DNA of 64,000 nt from positions 3,014-67,013 of the forward strand of contig JAUIGX010000001.1 of NCBI GenBank assembly GCA_030432435.1, read 5' to 3'. Under the pieces are notes generated by a model that was not told the DNA's origin, made no database searches, and worked only from the letters and a program-made list of their open reading frames with translations. The stretch comes from Alphaproteobacteria bacterium (GTDB lineage: Bacteria; Pseudomonadota; Alphaproteobacteria; Rhodospirillales; Rhodospirillaceae). Every line of letters starts with the position of its first letter. Position 1 is the stretch's first letter. Position numbers and translations under genes: made by a program. Positions 45,455 to 54,327 of this stretch are shown here, piece by piece.

Positions 45455-47974
45455 ATGTATGACCGGAGAGCCCCCCAAGTGCAAAGGCTGCAGACCGCAA
45501 CATTTCAGAAACTACTTAGCCCATGGATCGCCTATCTCCTCGCGATCCTCGCATTCGCGATCGTTCTCGTCTTCTTGATAACTTCCGTTCAGCTTGGACG
45601 AAGTACAACGCGAAGCGATGCGCACCTCCAAGTTTCCGCGCAACTCAGCCAGCTTCGTGCCCGCCTCGAAGCGAATATATACAACAACGCCAACCTTGTT
45701 CAGGGGCTTGCAGCTTCGGTCGCGACAGAACCAGACATGAAGCAGGAGAGATTTGCCGCACTCGCGAGCCACCTTTTTCAAGGCCGCAACCAGCTCAGAA
45801 ATATTGGAGGCGCGCCAGACCTTGTCATCAGCATGATGTTCCCCATGGAAGGGAATGAAGGCGCGCTCGGGCTCGACTACACTAAAAATGAAAACCAGAG
45901 AACGGCGGCGCTGCTGGCAAGAGACTTAAATCAGTTGGTCATTGCCGGTCCCGTCGACTTACGCCAGGGCGGGCAAGGCTTTATCGCACGACTCCCAGTT
46001 TTCACTGCTGAAAGCACGAGCGAGCCCGGGCGGTTCTGGGGTCTTATTTCTACGGTCATTGACGTACAGCGTCTTTACGAAGATAGCGGCTTGGCCAACA
46101 GCGAAGAAACTCTTTCCATAGCCATACGTGGCAAGGACTCCAAAGGCCAAAGTGGAGAGTTTTTTCACGGCAGCCCGGACATTCTCAACAACAATCCTGA
46201 AACAGCAACCGTGTCGCTTCCATATGGTGAATGGCAGCTACTCGCTGTTCCTATAAACGGCTGGCCGCAAACGGCGCGCAATGAAAACACCATAATTGCC
46301 ACGTTCTTGATCGGCGGAGCGTTCATTGTATTTCCGCTGCTGTTTATTGGTCGGCTGCTGTCCGAACGTCAGGGGATCACCCGTGACTTAATCCATGCTC
46401 GGGAAGATGCCGATGCTGCCAACAAGGCAAAATCAGAATTTCTCGCGTCGATGAGCCACGAAATTCGCACACCGATGACAGTGGTGATGGGGTATGCAGA
46501 CATCCTTCTTCGGGAGCCCCTGCCGGACTCAAATAAATTGCAAGTCCAGCGAATAAAAGACTCAACGAAATCGTTGCTGACCATAATTAACGACATTCTG
46601 GATATGTCGAAAATGGAGGCTGGGAAACTTGAAATCGAGAATCTCGATTTTCATTTGCCATCGTTGATTCAAGACGTCTTTAGCTTCTTCGCTGAGCAAA
46701 AAGGTAGCGTAGCGGACGACCAAGTCGCCATGAAATTAGAGTTACCAGCCGAACTCCCGGCGGCTGTGAATTCCGATCCGACGCGCATAAGACAGATTCT
46801 GGTCAATTTGATTGGCAACGCCGTAAAGTTTACCCGGCACGGCTCTGTCACAGTGCACGGCTCGTTGATCGAGCAAGAAGGTGATGAACAATTTATTCGG
46901 CTCGCCGTCACAGACACTGGTATCGGCGTTTCCCCAGAGTCTGTCGGACTTCTGTTTGAGGATTTCACCCAAGCAGATGCTTCAATTCAAAGGAATTATC
47001 ATGGGACCGGATTGGGATTGGCGATTTGCAAACGCCTCGTGACCCTACTGGGCGGCGAAATAGGCGTAGAAAGCGCACTCAATCAGGGGAGCACTTTCTG
47101 GTTTACGGTCCCCTACAAGCCTGCGCTCAAACCCGTGAGCGAGATAAACGTTTATGGGCAACAACGAGCCACCCGCTTCCGCTCGACCCGGCGACTCAAA
47201 ATACTGGTTGCCGAGGATAGTAAACTCAATCAGGAAATTTTAGCGGCGATTATTGATGAGATCGGACATGCCATCGAATTTGCCAATGACGGGCAAGAAC
47301 TGATCGACATGCACCTTGCGAATTCCTACGACCTCATTCTGTCGGATGTCCGCATGCCGAAAATGTCTGGGCCCGATGCCGCAAGACTTATCAGACAGCT
47401 GGACGGCCCCAAGTCGGATATTCCCATTGTTGCTTTGACGGCCGATGTCATGGAAGACAGCAAGAAAAGCTATTACGCCGCGGGCATGAACGGCATAGCC
47501 TCCAAGCCCATAGACCCATTTGAACTGGTAACCGTCATAGATTCAGTGATGGGCGAAAACTTGCATGTTCCCGTAGAGGAAGAAAATAGGCAGGGCACTC
47601 ATGCAATCAACCATGAGCCCGCCATCAATCCCACTGCATCTCCCGCAAAATTCCAAATCGATGACCTCGCTGATCAACTCGGAATTCCAAAACAAGATTT
47701 AAATGCCGTGCTCCAAAAGTTCGCGACCAATCACACGGACATTGCTGCACAGATTCGGTCCGAGTTCAAAACAGACAAGGAATTGGCAAAACGAACGGCT
47801 CACTCATTGAAAGGGCTCTCGGGAACATTGCAAATGACCCAGATATTCGAGCTCTCGGGACACATTGAACAGTTCATCACTGCCGGGGATGAGGCAGCAT
47901 TGGATCGCGCCCTAACTAACCTGGAGGAGCAAGTGCGCGTTGTCGTAACCGCTATTCATGAGGACACCGGTTGA
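45455..47974 (+). CDS. Hybrid sensor histidine kinase: TM, CHASE-like periplasmic domain, TM, HisKA, HATPase_c, REC, HPt
   Basis: H-box SEFLASMSHEIRTPMT, N/G boxes (NLIGNAVKFT, GTGLGLAICKRLV), REC domain (KILVAEDSKLNQ...DLILSDVRMPKMSG...KP) and HPt domain (AHSLKGLSGTLQ). The start is uncertain: ATG 45455 or TTG 45362. Confidence 0.9.
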   Translation: MYDRRAPQVQRLQTATFQKLLSPWIAYLLAILAFAIVLVFLITSVQLGRSTTRSDAHLQVSAQLSQLRARLEANIYNNANLVQGLAASVATEPDMKQERFAALASHLFQGRNQLRNIGGAPDLVISMMFPMEGNEGALGLDYTKNENQRTAALLARDLNQLVIAGPVDLRQGGQGFIARLPVFTAESTSEPGRFWGLISTVIDVQRLYEDSGLANSEETLSIAIRGKDSKGQSGEFFHGSPDILNNNPETATVSLPYGEWQLLAVPINGWPQTARNENTIIATFLIGGAFIVFPLLFIGRLLSERQGITRDLIHAREDADAANKAKSEFLASMSHEIRTPMTVVMGYADILLREPLPDSNKLQVQRIKDSTKSLLTIINDILDMSKMEAGKLEIENLDFHLPSLIQDVFSFFAEQKGSVADDQVAMKLELPAELPAAVNSDPTRIRQILVNLIGNAVKFTRHGSVTVHGSLIEQEGDEQFIRLAVTDTGIGVSPESVGLLFEDFTQADASIQRNYHGTGLGLAICKRLVTLLGGEIGVESALNQGSTFWFTVPYKPALKPVSEINVYGQQRATRFRSTRRLKILVAEDSKLNQEILAAIIDEIGHAIEFANDGQELIDMHLANSYDLILSDVRMPKMSGPDAARLIRQLDGPKSDIPIVALTADVMEDSKKSYYAAGMNGIASKPIDPFELVTVIDSVMGENLHVPVEEENRQGTHAINHEPAINPTASPAKFQIDDLADQLGIPKQDLNAVLQKFATNHTDIAAQIRSEFKTDKELAKRTAHSLKGLSGTLQMTQIFELSGHIEQFITAGDEAALDRALTNLEEQVRVVVTAIHEDTG

Positions 47975-48051
47975 GTTGGCTAGTATTTGAGCGGCAAACC
48001 AAAACGCTCGGAGATGATGTGAAACGGATATGATTTTGGGGGGAACGTAAA

Positions 48052-48630
48052 ATGGACAGCAAAAATTTCTCTGCGGCACCACCTGGTCGTCGCGCAATGC
48101 TCACAAACGCAATTAGATCCGGTCTAGCGCTAGCCATCGGCGTGATAGCAGGGGGGGCTCAGTCATCCGCGCAGGCTCAAACCGGGCAGCCCCAGGCCAG
48201 CATTCTGCATATAGCCATTAATGTGGCAGATATGGAACGCACCACGCGATTCTACACCGAGGCATTCGGTTTCACGGCCTCGCCACCAATCACGCCAGAC
48301 GGTCAGGCAGCCCGCATCTTCGGATTGCCAACCCCAATCGAAGTAAAGGCTCGCTTCTTGAGCCTTGGATCGGTTCGCGTGTTGGTTCGCCAATTCGACA
48401 AGCCCAAATACGCCGGACCAGCGCGGGACTTGCCGGTCATTTACCCAGGCTGGGGTGATATTGCACTGCGCGTCGGCGACCTGGAGCAAGTCCTTGGGAA
48501 GGTTCGCCGCCTTGGTGGAACGGTTCTTGAGAATACTCGCACGCTCGAGGGCACCCCGGACAAGCCAGGGCCCGAAGTCGTATTCGTCACCGACCCGGAT
48601 GGTGCGCGTGTTGAACTCGTGAGTTTCTAG
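48052..48630 (+). CDS. VOC (glyoxalase/bleomycin-resistance fold) protein with a Tat-like signal
   Basis: N-terminus GRRAMLTNAIRSGLALAIGVIAGGAQSSAQAQ. VOC core ILHIAINVADMERTTRFYTEAFGF...DPDGARVELV. Confidence 0.75.
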   Translation: MDSKNFSAAPPGRRAMLTNAIRSGLALAIGVIAGGAQSSAQAQTGQPQASILHIAINVADMERTTRFYTEAFGFTASPPITPDGQAARIFGLPTPIEVKARFLSLGSVRVLVRQFDKPKYAGPARDLPVIYPGWGDIALRVGDLEQVLGKVRRLGGTVLENTRTLEGTPDKPGPEVVFVTDPDGARVELVSF

Positions 48631-48687
48631 TGGAACTATTGGTATAGTGCCCGTGCTTCAGCTCTTAATCGAAGGATACGTAGTCAA

Positions 48688-49254
48688 ATGAAAGTTGCTC
48701 TAGGTGTTGGTGCGGTCGTGGTCGTTATTCTGATCATCGCCGTAGTCGTATATTATAATAAGCCTGCAACAGACGCGCCGCAGACAGCCTCTGAAACGGA
48801 AACCCAACAACCAGCGAGCGACCCAGCCGAAGCAGGACCGCCGCCGCGTATTGTATGGCGAGCCGCACAGGATGCTTTTCTAAATGAAAATGCTAATCGC
48901 GACGGTTGGACTCAATCACCCGAGGGTTTGCAGTATTACGTCGAGAAAGAAGCTGCCGGCGATGCCCCAAAGCCCGCGCCAGGTAGTCGCGTGACTGTGC
49001 ACTATGAAGGCCAGCTCATTAACGGAAATGTATTTGATAGTTCCTACGCGCGCGGAGAACCCGCCACGTTCCCGTTGAGTGGTGTTATTCAGGGATGGCA
49101 AATCGGTGTGCCATTGATGCGCCTTGGCGAGATCTGGCAATTTGCTATTCCCGCCGAGCTTGGCTACGGCGAACGAGATTCCGGCCCAATTCCAGGCGGC
49201 TCTACACTCTTGTTCAAAGTAGAATTGCTAGACGTTGAAACGCCCGCCGACTAA
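48688..49254 (+). CDS. FKBP-type peptidyl-prolyl cis-trans isomerase, membrane-anchored
   Basis: N-terminal TM helix. FKBP core VTVHYEGQLINGNVFDSSY.RGEPATFPL..VI.GW...L..M..GE.....IP..LGYGE. Confidence 0.9.
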   Translation: MKVALGVGAVVVVILIIAVVVYYNKPATDAPQTASETETQQPASDPAEAGPPPRIVWRAAQDAFLNENANRDGWTQSPEGLQYYVEKEAAGDAPKPAPGSRVTVHYEGQLINGNVFDSSYARGEPATFPLSGVIQGWQIGVPLMRLGEIWQFAIPAELGYGERDSGPIPGGSTLLFKVELLDVETPAD

Positions 49255-49260
49255 TTGACA

Positions 49261-49635
49261 TCAAGGCCCCAACGGTCGCGCGAAACTAATCTCGTGACCG
49301 TCGGGGTCTTTGATATGAAAATATCGCTCATTCCACGCGGCATTTCTTGGCGCGAAATCGGGTGTAAAACCTAGCGCCAGCGCCCGCTGATACATCGCGT
49401 CGACATCGCTCACATAAAAAATCGCTCGGCCCCAGACCTCACAAAACTTACCCTCGCCTTCCGAGGTGAGATTGAGAAACTGAGATCCCGCACGAAATGT
49501 CGTAAAGGCTGCCTCGGGACCACCTCTAGCGAGATCGAACCCAAGCATCTTATAAAACGCGACCGAACGCGTCATATCACCGGTAAAAAGTGTGAGCGCG
49601 CTGAGAGACTCTATTTGTACTGCGCGAACCATCAC
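49261..49635 (-). CDS. VOC-family (glyoxalase/bleomycin-resistance fold) protein
   Basis: 124 aa, with motifs MTRSVAFYKMLGF and DPDGHEISF. Confidence 0.8.
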   Translation of the reverse strand: MMVRAVQIESLSALTLFTGDMTRSVAFYKMLGFDLARGGPEAAFTTFRAGSQFLNLTSEGEGKFCEVWGRAIFYVSDVDAMYQRALALGFTPDFAPRNAAWNERYFHIKDPDGHEISFARPLGP

Positions 49636-49657
49636 TCGCTCCCTGTCCGCGAGATAA

Positions 49658-50356
49658 CTATCCTAACCAGGCATCAAGTTCCGCCGTTACTTCGTCCGGC
49701 CGCTCAAGAGGAGCCAGATGTCCACAGTGCTCCACGAGAACAAGCTTTGCATGATCGATTCGCTCGGCCATCTCCTCCTGCACCTTAGGCGGACAGAGCA
49801 AATCCTCGCGCCCCGCCAGAATCAGCGTCGGCACGCGAATGGCACGTAAATCTTCGCGGCTGTCCTTCCTCTCCAGGATCGCCATCTGCTGCCGCTTGAA
49901 CACGTCTTGCCCCATGCGCTCGGCCATCTCCATCACGACACCCGCCACATCTGGGTCTTCCATACGCGACGGATGGATCAGACTGGGCAGTAAACGAGGC
50001 GTGACGCCCTTAAATTTTCCGACAACGGCCAGCTCAACTAATCCAGTGCGTACCTTGCGTTGCGCATCGCTATCTGCGCGCGCATTCGTATTCACAAATG
50101 CAAGGCGCTCTACCCGCTCCGGCTGTTGGCGCATAATTTCTTGCGCGACGTAGCCCCCCATCGACAAACCGGCCAGGGCAAATTTTGGCGGTGCGTCGCT
50201 TAAAATCTGACGCGCTAGTTCTTCCATAGTCTCGAGTTTCGTGAGATCACCGACCGTGATGTCTACCGTACCCTCGAGAGCCTTGATCTGATGCGCCCAA
50301 AGGGCCTCGTCACAGAGTAATCCAGGAAGAAGGATGAGGTGTTTAGAACGTGCCAT
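49658..50356 (-). CDS. Alpha/beta-fold hydrolase
   Basis: Motifs LILLPGLLCD, nucleophile elbow GLSMGG, and CGHLAPLERP. Confidence 0.85.
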   Translation of the reverse strand: MARSKHLILLPGLLCDEALWAHQIKALEGTVDITVGDLTKLETMEELARQILSDAPPKFALAGLSMGGYVAQEIMRQQPERVERLAFVNTNARADSDAQRKVRTGLVELAVVGKFKGVTPRLLPSLIHPSRMEDPDVAGVVMEMAERMGQDVFKRQQMAILERKDSREDLRAIRVPTLILAGREDLLCPPKVQEEMAERIDHAKLVLVEHCGHLAPLERPDEVTAELDAWLG

Positions 50357-50413
50357 AACCTGCCCACACTAAAAATTTACACAAAATTGGCCGGATTCCT
50401 TATGTTTCCGGCG

Positions 50414-50441
50414 TTGACACCGGCAAACTAACACCTATTAT
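50414..50441 (+). promoter_or_regulatory. Near-consensus sigma-70 promoter for the DEAD-box helicase gene
   Basis: TTGACA (50414..50419), a 16-nt spacer, then TATTAT (50436..50441). The implied 5' UTR is about 80 nt. Confidence 0.5.
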
Positions 50442-50532
50442 GCCGCCCCGTGAACATGTCGCGCCGCGCTGCCCGCCTTTGGCCTAAACAAGGCAGCCTT
50501 AAAATAGCCCGCGACAAAGAATTTCCGTGACG

Positions 50533-52146
50533 ATGGATTTTGCAGACCTCGGCCTTACGCCGGACACTCTAAAAGCCGTTTCAGACGCCGGATACCTGAC
50601 ACCGACCCCGATTCAGGAACAAGCGATCCCAGTGGTGCTTATGGGACGCGATGTGCTCGGCGTTGCCCAAACCGGAACAGGCAAAACTGCGGCATTCACC
50701 ATGCCGATGATTGATATTCTCGCCGATGGCCGCGCCAAAGCGCGTATGCCGCGCTCACTCATCATTGCCCCAACCCGCGAGCTAGCCGCCCAAATCGCCG
50801 ACAACTTCGCCAAATACGGCAAGTATCAATCCCTTTCCATGGCGCTTCTTATCGGTGGAAGCTCGTTCACCGATCAAGAAAAAGCGCTGGAACGCGGCGT
50901 TGATGTTCTTATCGCCACCCCCGGTCGCTTGCTGGATTTATACGAGCGCGGCCGGATATTGCTGAACGATGTGAAGCTACTCGTGATCGACGAAGCTGAT
51001 CGTATGCTCGACATGGGCTTTATCCCCGACGTAGAGCGTATCGTCGGCCTCCTGCCAAAAATCCGTCAAACGCTGTTCTTTTCGGCGACTATGGATAAAG
51101 AAATCAAAAAGCTAGCGGACAAATTCCTGATGAACCCCAAGGAAATAGCCGTCAGCCTGCCTGCCACCGCGGCAACTACGATTGAGCAAGGCGTCGTCGC
51201 CGTCAGAAACGATGACAAGCGCGAGGCCCTAAGGCGTATCTTGCGGGTCAAGGACGTCCACAATGCATTCATCTTCTGCAACCGTAAAAAAGATGTCGAT
51301 ATCCTGTACAAGTCCCTGACAAGTCATGGTTTCGATGCGGTCGCCCTGCATGGCGATATGCCGCAATCTAAACGCAATGAGACGCTCGCGAAATTTAAAG
51401 CCGGCGAAGCGGAATTGCTGGTCTGTTCCGACGTCGCCGCGCGCGGACTTGATATTTCAAACGTCAGCCACGTTATTAACTTCGATGTACCCGTGAACGC
51501 CGAGGACTACATTCATCGCATCGGGCGTACTGGGCGGGCCGGAAAAGAGGGCCACGCCTATACACTGGCCTCTCCTGCCGACGTCAAACTTCTCGCCGCT
51601 GTCGAGAAAATGCTAAAGCAGGCTATCCCGACGCTGGTCATCGACGAACTCGCGGAATTAACGATATCGTCCTCAGACGCGAGTGATGAAAAAAGCACCG
51701 GCAAGCGGGAACGCGGAAGACCCCGTGGTGGCCGAAGCGCCAAGCCCAGAGCCAAAAAAGAGCCCGCGCCGAAAACAGTGGCAGCGCAATCAGACTCAAC
51801 ACCCGCAGTTGAACAAGTGCCCGACACTGTGTCCGAGGCCGCACCCAAGGCAGCGTCTGCGGAGGCACTACCACAGCCTTCACCAGAATCACCGCCTGAG
51901 AAAACCGAGTCTGAAAAACCAAAAGCTGACCAGCCGCGCAAAAATCGCGACGATGACCGACGTAGTCCGAACGAACGCGCGCGGAAGACCCGTCGTAACC
52001 CTCATGGCATTGCCGAGATGGATATCGGTGACGACGTTATTGCCTTTGGAGGATTTACGCCGGCCTTCTTACAAGATGCCCCCTACCGGGCTGGCGAATC
52101 GGCGCGTTCTCAGACCGGTCAGAGCGAAGACGAAACCGACTCATAG
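50533..52146 (+). CDS. rhlE: DEAD-box ATP-dependent RNA helicase (RhlE-like) with a basic low-complexity tail
   Basis: Q-motif region, AQTGTGKT, PTRELA, DEAD (VIDEADRMLDMGF), SAT and HRIGRTGRAG motifs. An alternative GTG start lies at 50527. Confidence 0.95.
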   Translation: MDFADLGLTPDTLKAVSDAGYLTPTPIQEQAIPVVLMGRDVLGVAQTGTGKTAAFTMPMIDILADGRAKARMPRSLIIAPTRELAAQIADNFAKYGKYQSLSMALLIGGSSFTDQEKALERGVDVLIATPGRLLDLYERGRILLNDVKLLVIDEADRMLDMGFIPDVERIVGLLPKIRQTLFFSATMDKEIKKLADKFLMNPKEIAVSLPATAATTIEQGVVAVRNDDKREALRRILRVKDVHNAFIFCNRKKDVDILYKSLTSHGFDAVALHGDMPQSKRNETLAKFKAGEAELLVCSDVAARGLDISNVSHVINFDVPVNAEDYIHRIGRTGRAGKEGHAYTLASPADVKLLAAVEKMLKQAIPTLVIDELAELTISSSDASDEKSTGKRERGRPRGGRSAKPRAKKEPAPKTVAAQSDSTPAVEQVPDTVSEAAPKAASAEALPQPSPESPPEKTESEKPKADQPRKNRDDDRRSPNERARKTRRNPHGIAEMDIGDDVIAFGGFTPAFLQDAPYRAGESARSQTGQSEDETDS

Positions 52147-52178
52147 AGTTCGCGCAAACCGACTATTTCCACAGACGC

Positions 52179-52607
52179 TCAGTTGATAGCCGGGGCTGGG
52201 TCTTCGTCCTCATCATCGAAACTATCGGGGTCTATGTGCACCGGTCCTGCTTGATGATGGACCATCGTCCAGACGCGGCCGGTTCTCACAAACACGTTCG
52301 TTGCCGCGAGGAATTCATGCTCGTCGTTTTGGGTCGTGATTTCTTCAACACAGGTCACAATCGCCATATCACCATAAATGGCCGCCCTCCGTGCACGGCA
52401 AAATATCTCCGGCGCCTCCGGATTGGACAAAATAGCGGCCCAACTCTCCATGACCTCTTCATGACCATCTAGGGTTTGCCATCCGGGATGTGTGCAACTG
52501 ATAGGCTTCTCAGCGGACCAAACCCGCTCCATTGCGTCTTGATCCCGCTCGGCAAAAGCCGCGTAAAACGCGTCGTTGGCAAATAATACAGCATCTTTTT
52601 CAGACAT
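52179..52607 (-). CDS. NTF2-fold (SnoaL/DUF4440-like) protein
   Basis: 142 aa. The pattern FYAAFAERDQDAMERVWS...ISCTHPGW is typical of this fold. The C-terminus is acidic. Confidence 0.7.
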   Translation of the reverse strand: MSEKDAVLFANDAFYAAFAERDQDAMERVWSAEKPISCTHPGWQTLDGHEEVMESWAAILSNPEAPEIFCRARRAAIYGDMAIVTCVEEITTQNDEHEFLAATNVFVRTGRVWTMVHHQAGPVHIDPDSFDDEDEDPAPAIN

Positions 52608-52772
52608 GGGCCGTTTTCGCCGCTTGCTGGTAGGAGTGGCTGGTCACCGCTTCGTTTTCCTTGTATCGAAAGAACCTAACCTGTTCTCCTAGCCTATGTG
52701 CTGGAGCCGCCAAAGAAAAGGTTTAGGCAAGCTAGACTTTCAACCGCATTAGACCAGTAGCGCTGTGTACCC

Positions 52773-53477
52773 ATGACCGAAATCGACGCCCTCTCCGGCC
52801 CGACCTTACCGCCCTCCTCTGGCGAGCCCGCGAACGCCGCAGTAGTTCTACTGCACGGCTACGGCTCGAACGGTAATGATCTGATCGGGCTTGCACCATT
52901 CTTTGCACGAATTCTGCCCAATGCTGTTTTTTACTCCCCAAATGCCCCCGAAGGCTGGGAAGGCGGTATGGGTGGCGCGTACCAATGGTTTGGTCTCTCG
53001 GACTTTGACCCGGATTTGATGCGGCGCGACCCCATTCGTATGGGCGCCACATTTAACGGCATGATCAAGGGCGCCAGAAAAGCCGGACCGGCTCTGGACC
53101 GGTACCTAGATCAAATTCTCGAACATCACAGCCTGCAGGCCAACAGATTAGTCTTATTCGGATTTTCCCAGGGCACTATGATGGCGTTGCATGTCGGCTT
53201 GCGCAGAACAGAACAACTCGCAGGAATACTTGGATTTTCCGGCGCCTTGGTAGGCGCAGAACTGCTGCCCGACGAAATCAAAACCAAGCCGCCGGTCACA
53301 CTTGTTCACGGTGAAGATGACCCGGTCGTTCCGGTTCAGGCCATGAGCGAAATTGAAAAAGCCTTGAAAGCCGCAGACGTGTCTGTTGAATCCTATGCGA
53401 TTCCAGGACTACAGCACGGTATCGACGGCAACGGTGCTCAAATCGGCGCGGCCTTTCTCAAAGCCCATCTAGGCTAA
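52773..53477 (+). CDS. Phospholipase/carboxylesterase-family alpha/beta hydrolase
   Basis: Motifs VVLLHGYGSNGNDL, the nucleophile in LFGFSQGTMMAL, HGEDDPVVP and GLQHGI. Confidence 0.85.
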   Translation: MTEIDALSGPTLPPSSGEPANAAVVLLHGYGSNGNDLIGLAPFFARILPNAVFYSPNAPEGWEGGMGGAYQWFGLSDFDPDLMRRDPIRMGATFNGMIKGARKAGPALDRYLDQILEHHSLQANRLVLFGFSQGTMMALHVGLRRTEQLAGILGFSGALVGAELLPDEIKTKPPVTLVHGEDDPVVPVQAMSEIEKALKAADVSVESYAIPGLQHGIDGNGAQIGAAFLKAHLG

Positions 53478-53483
53478 AACGTC

Positions 53484-53897
53484 TCAGAGGCCGTCGTCGT
53501 TCTCTGCTTCGCGCTCTTTTTCGCGATCACGGTCGGCTTGTGTTTTATCTAGGTTTCGAAACGTCGATGGATCGTGACGCCGGCGCGCTTCAAGCCGCCG
53601 CCGTGCTTTTTTCTTTTCTTGGGCGCGCAGCCAAAACAGTACGGCCAGGATAGCAACTCCAAGAGCCGCCCATGGCGCGATCACAGTAATCGCGCGCTCT
53701 AGTTCCAATTGCGCGCGCACCGACGCGCGGCATTCGGGCAAACCTTCACGACACGCGCGGCGCGCGAGTTCTTCCGCACGGGAGCGAAACCCAGGCAGCG
53801 GAATGCCTTGCTCGGGCATAATTTGTGCAGACACTGGCAATGCACTGGTCGAAGCCGCACCCAACACCAATGACGCGAGGAACCGTCTCCGGTTCAT
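53484..53897 (-). CDS. Hypothetical bitopic protein with a Tat-like signal, a Cys pair and a basic cytoplasmic tail
   Basis: ATG 53897 is preceded by AGGAGGAGGGGG. N-terminus MNRRRFLASLVLGAASTSALPVSAQ, a later TM helix (APWAALGVAILAVLFWL) and an Arg/Lys/Glu tail. No family is recognised. Confidence 0.5.
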   Translation of the reverse strand: MNRRRFLASLVLGAASTSALPVSAQIMPEQGIPLPGFRSRAEELARRACREGLPECRASVRAQLELERAITVIAPWAALGVAILAVLFWLRAQEKKKARRRLEARRRHDPSTFRNLDKTQADRDREKEREAENDDGL

Positions 53898-54226
53898 AAG
53901 CCCCCTCCTCCTCATTTATCAATCAATTGTAACAACCCTATACAGGGTTGGCCAATTCTTTGCTGGCGATCAAATCGTATGCAACCACGCAAAACGGCGT
54001 TGTCAAAGACACTTCAGGCCATAGACCGCCAGCCAGTATTTGCTAGACTAGCTAGGTTAGAAAGGAGGCTATTTAAGGCCCCCGGGCAAGGACGATGACT
54101 TTGAGTGAATCACTCAACCAAATTCGTTGCCGCACCATGCACGTTCTACGCGCGTTGCCGGAACAGTTTCGCAATGCGCCGCGTATGATCTGTTTTCACC
54201 GTTACCGCCAGCGATGTGACTAAGCA

Positions 54227-54251
54227 AGGGGCCCATTAACAGCCCCTTTTT
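54227..54251 (+). terminator. Terminator-like hairpin in the long leader upstream of the EF-G paralog
   Basis: AGGGGC-ccattaaca-GCCCCT followed by TTTT. It comes immediately after the stop of a 42-codon ORF (54095..54223) and 77 nt before the EF-G-like start. Confidence 0.45.
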
Positions 54252-54327
54252 CGCAACTTCACGTGCAGCGATTCGATTCTTTATTCAGCCTCGCTCGAAT
54301 ACAGAGTCAAAAATGGGAGGGAATGAC

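Noticed and set aside
54101-54117. Reading the palindrome TTGAGTGAATCACTCAA as an iron-responsive RirA-type TGA-N9-TCA operator.
   Set aside because: TGA-N9-TCA carries very little information, RirA is a Rhizobiales-specific regulator, and nothing iron-related is nearby. I keep it only as an unassigned palindrome inside the finding at 54095..54251.
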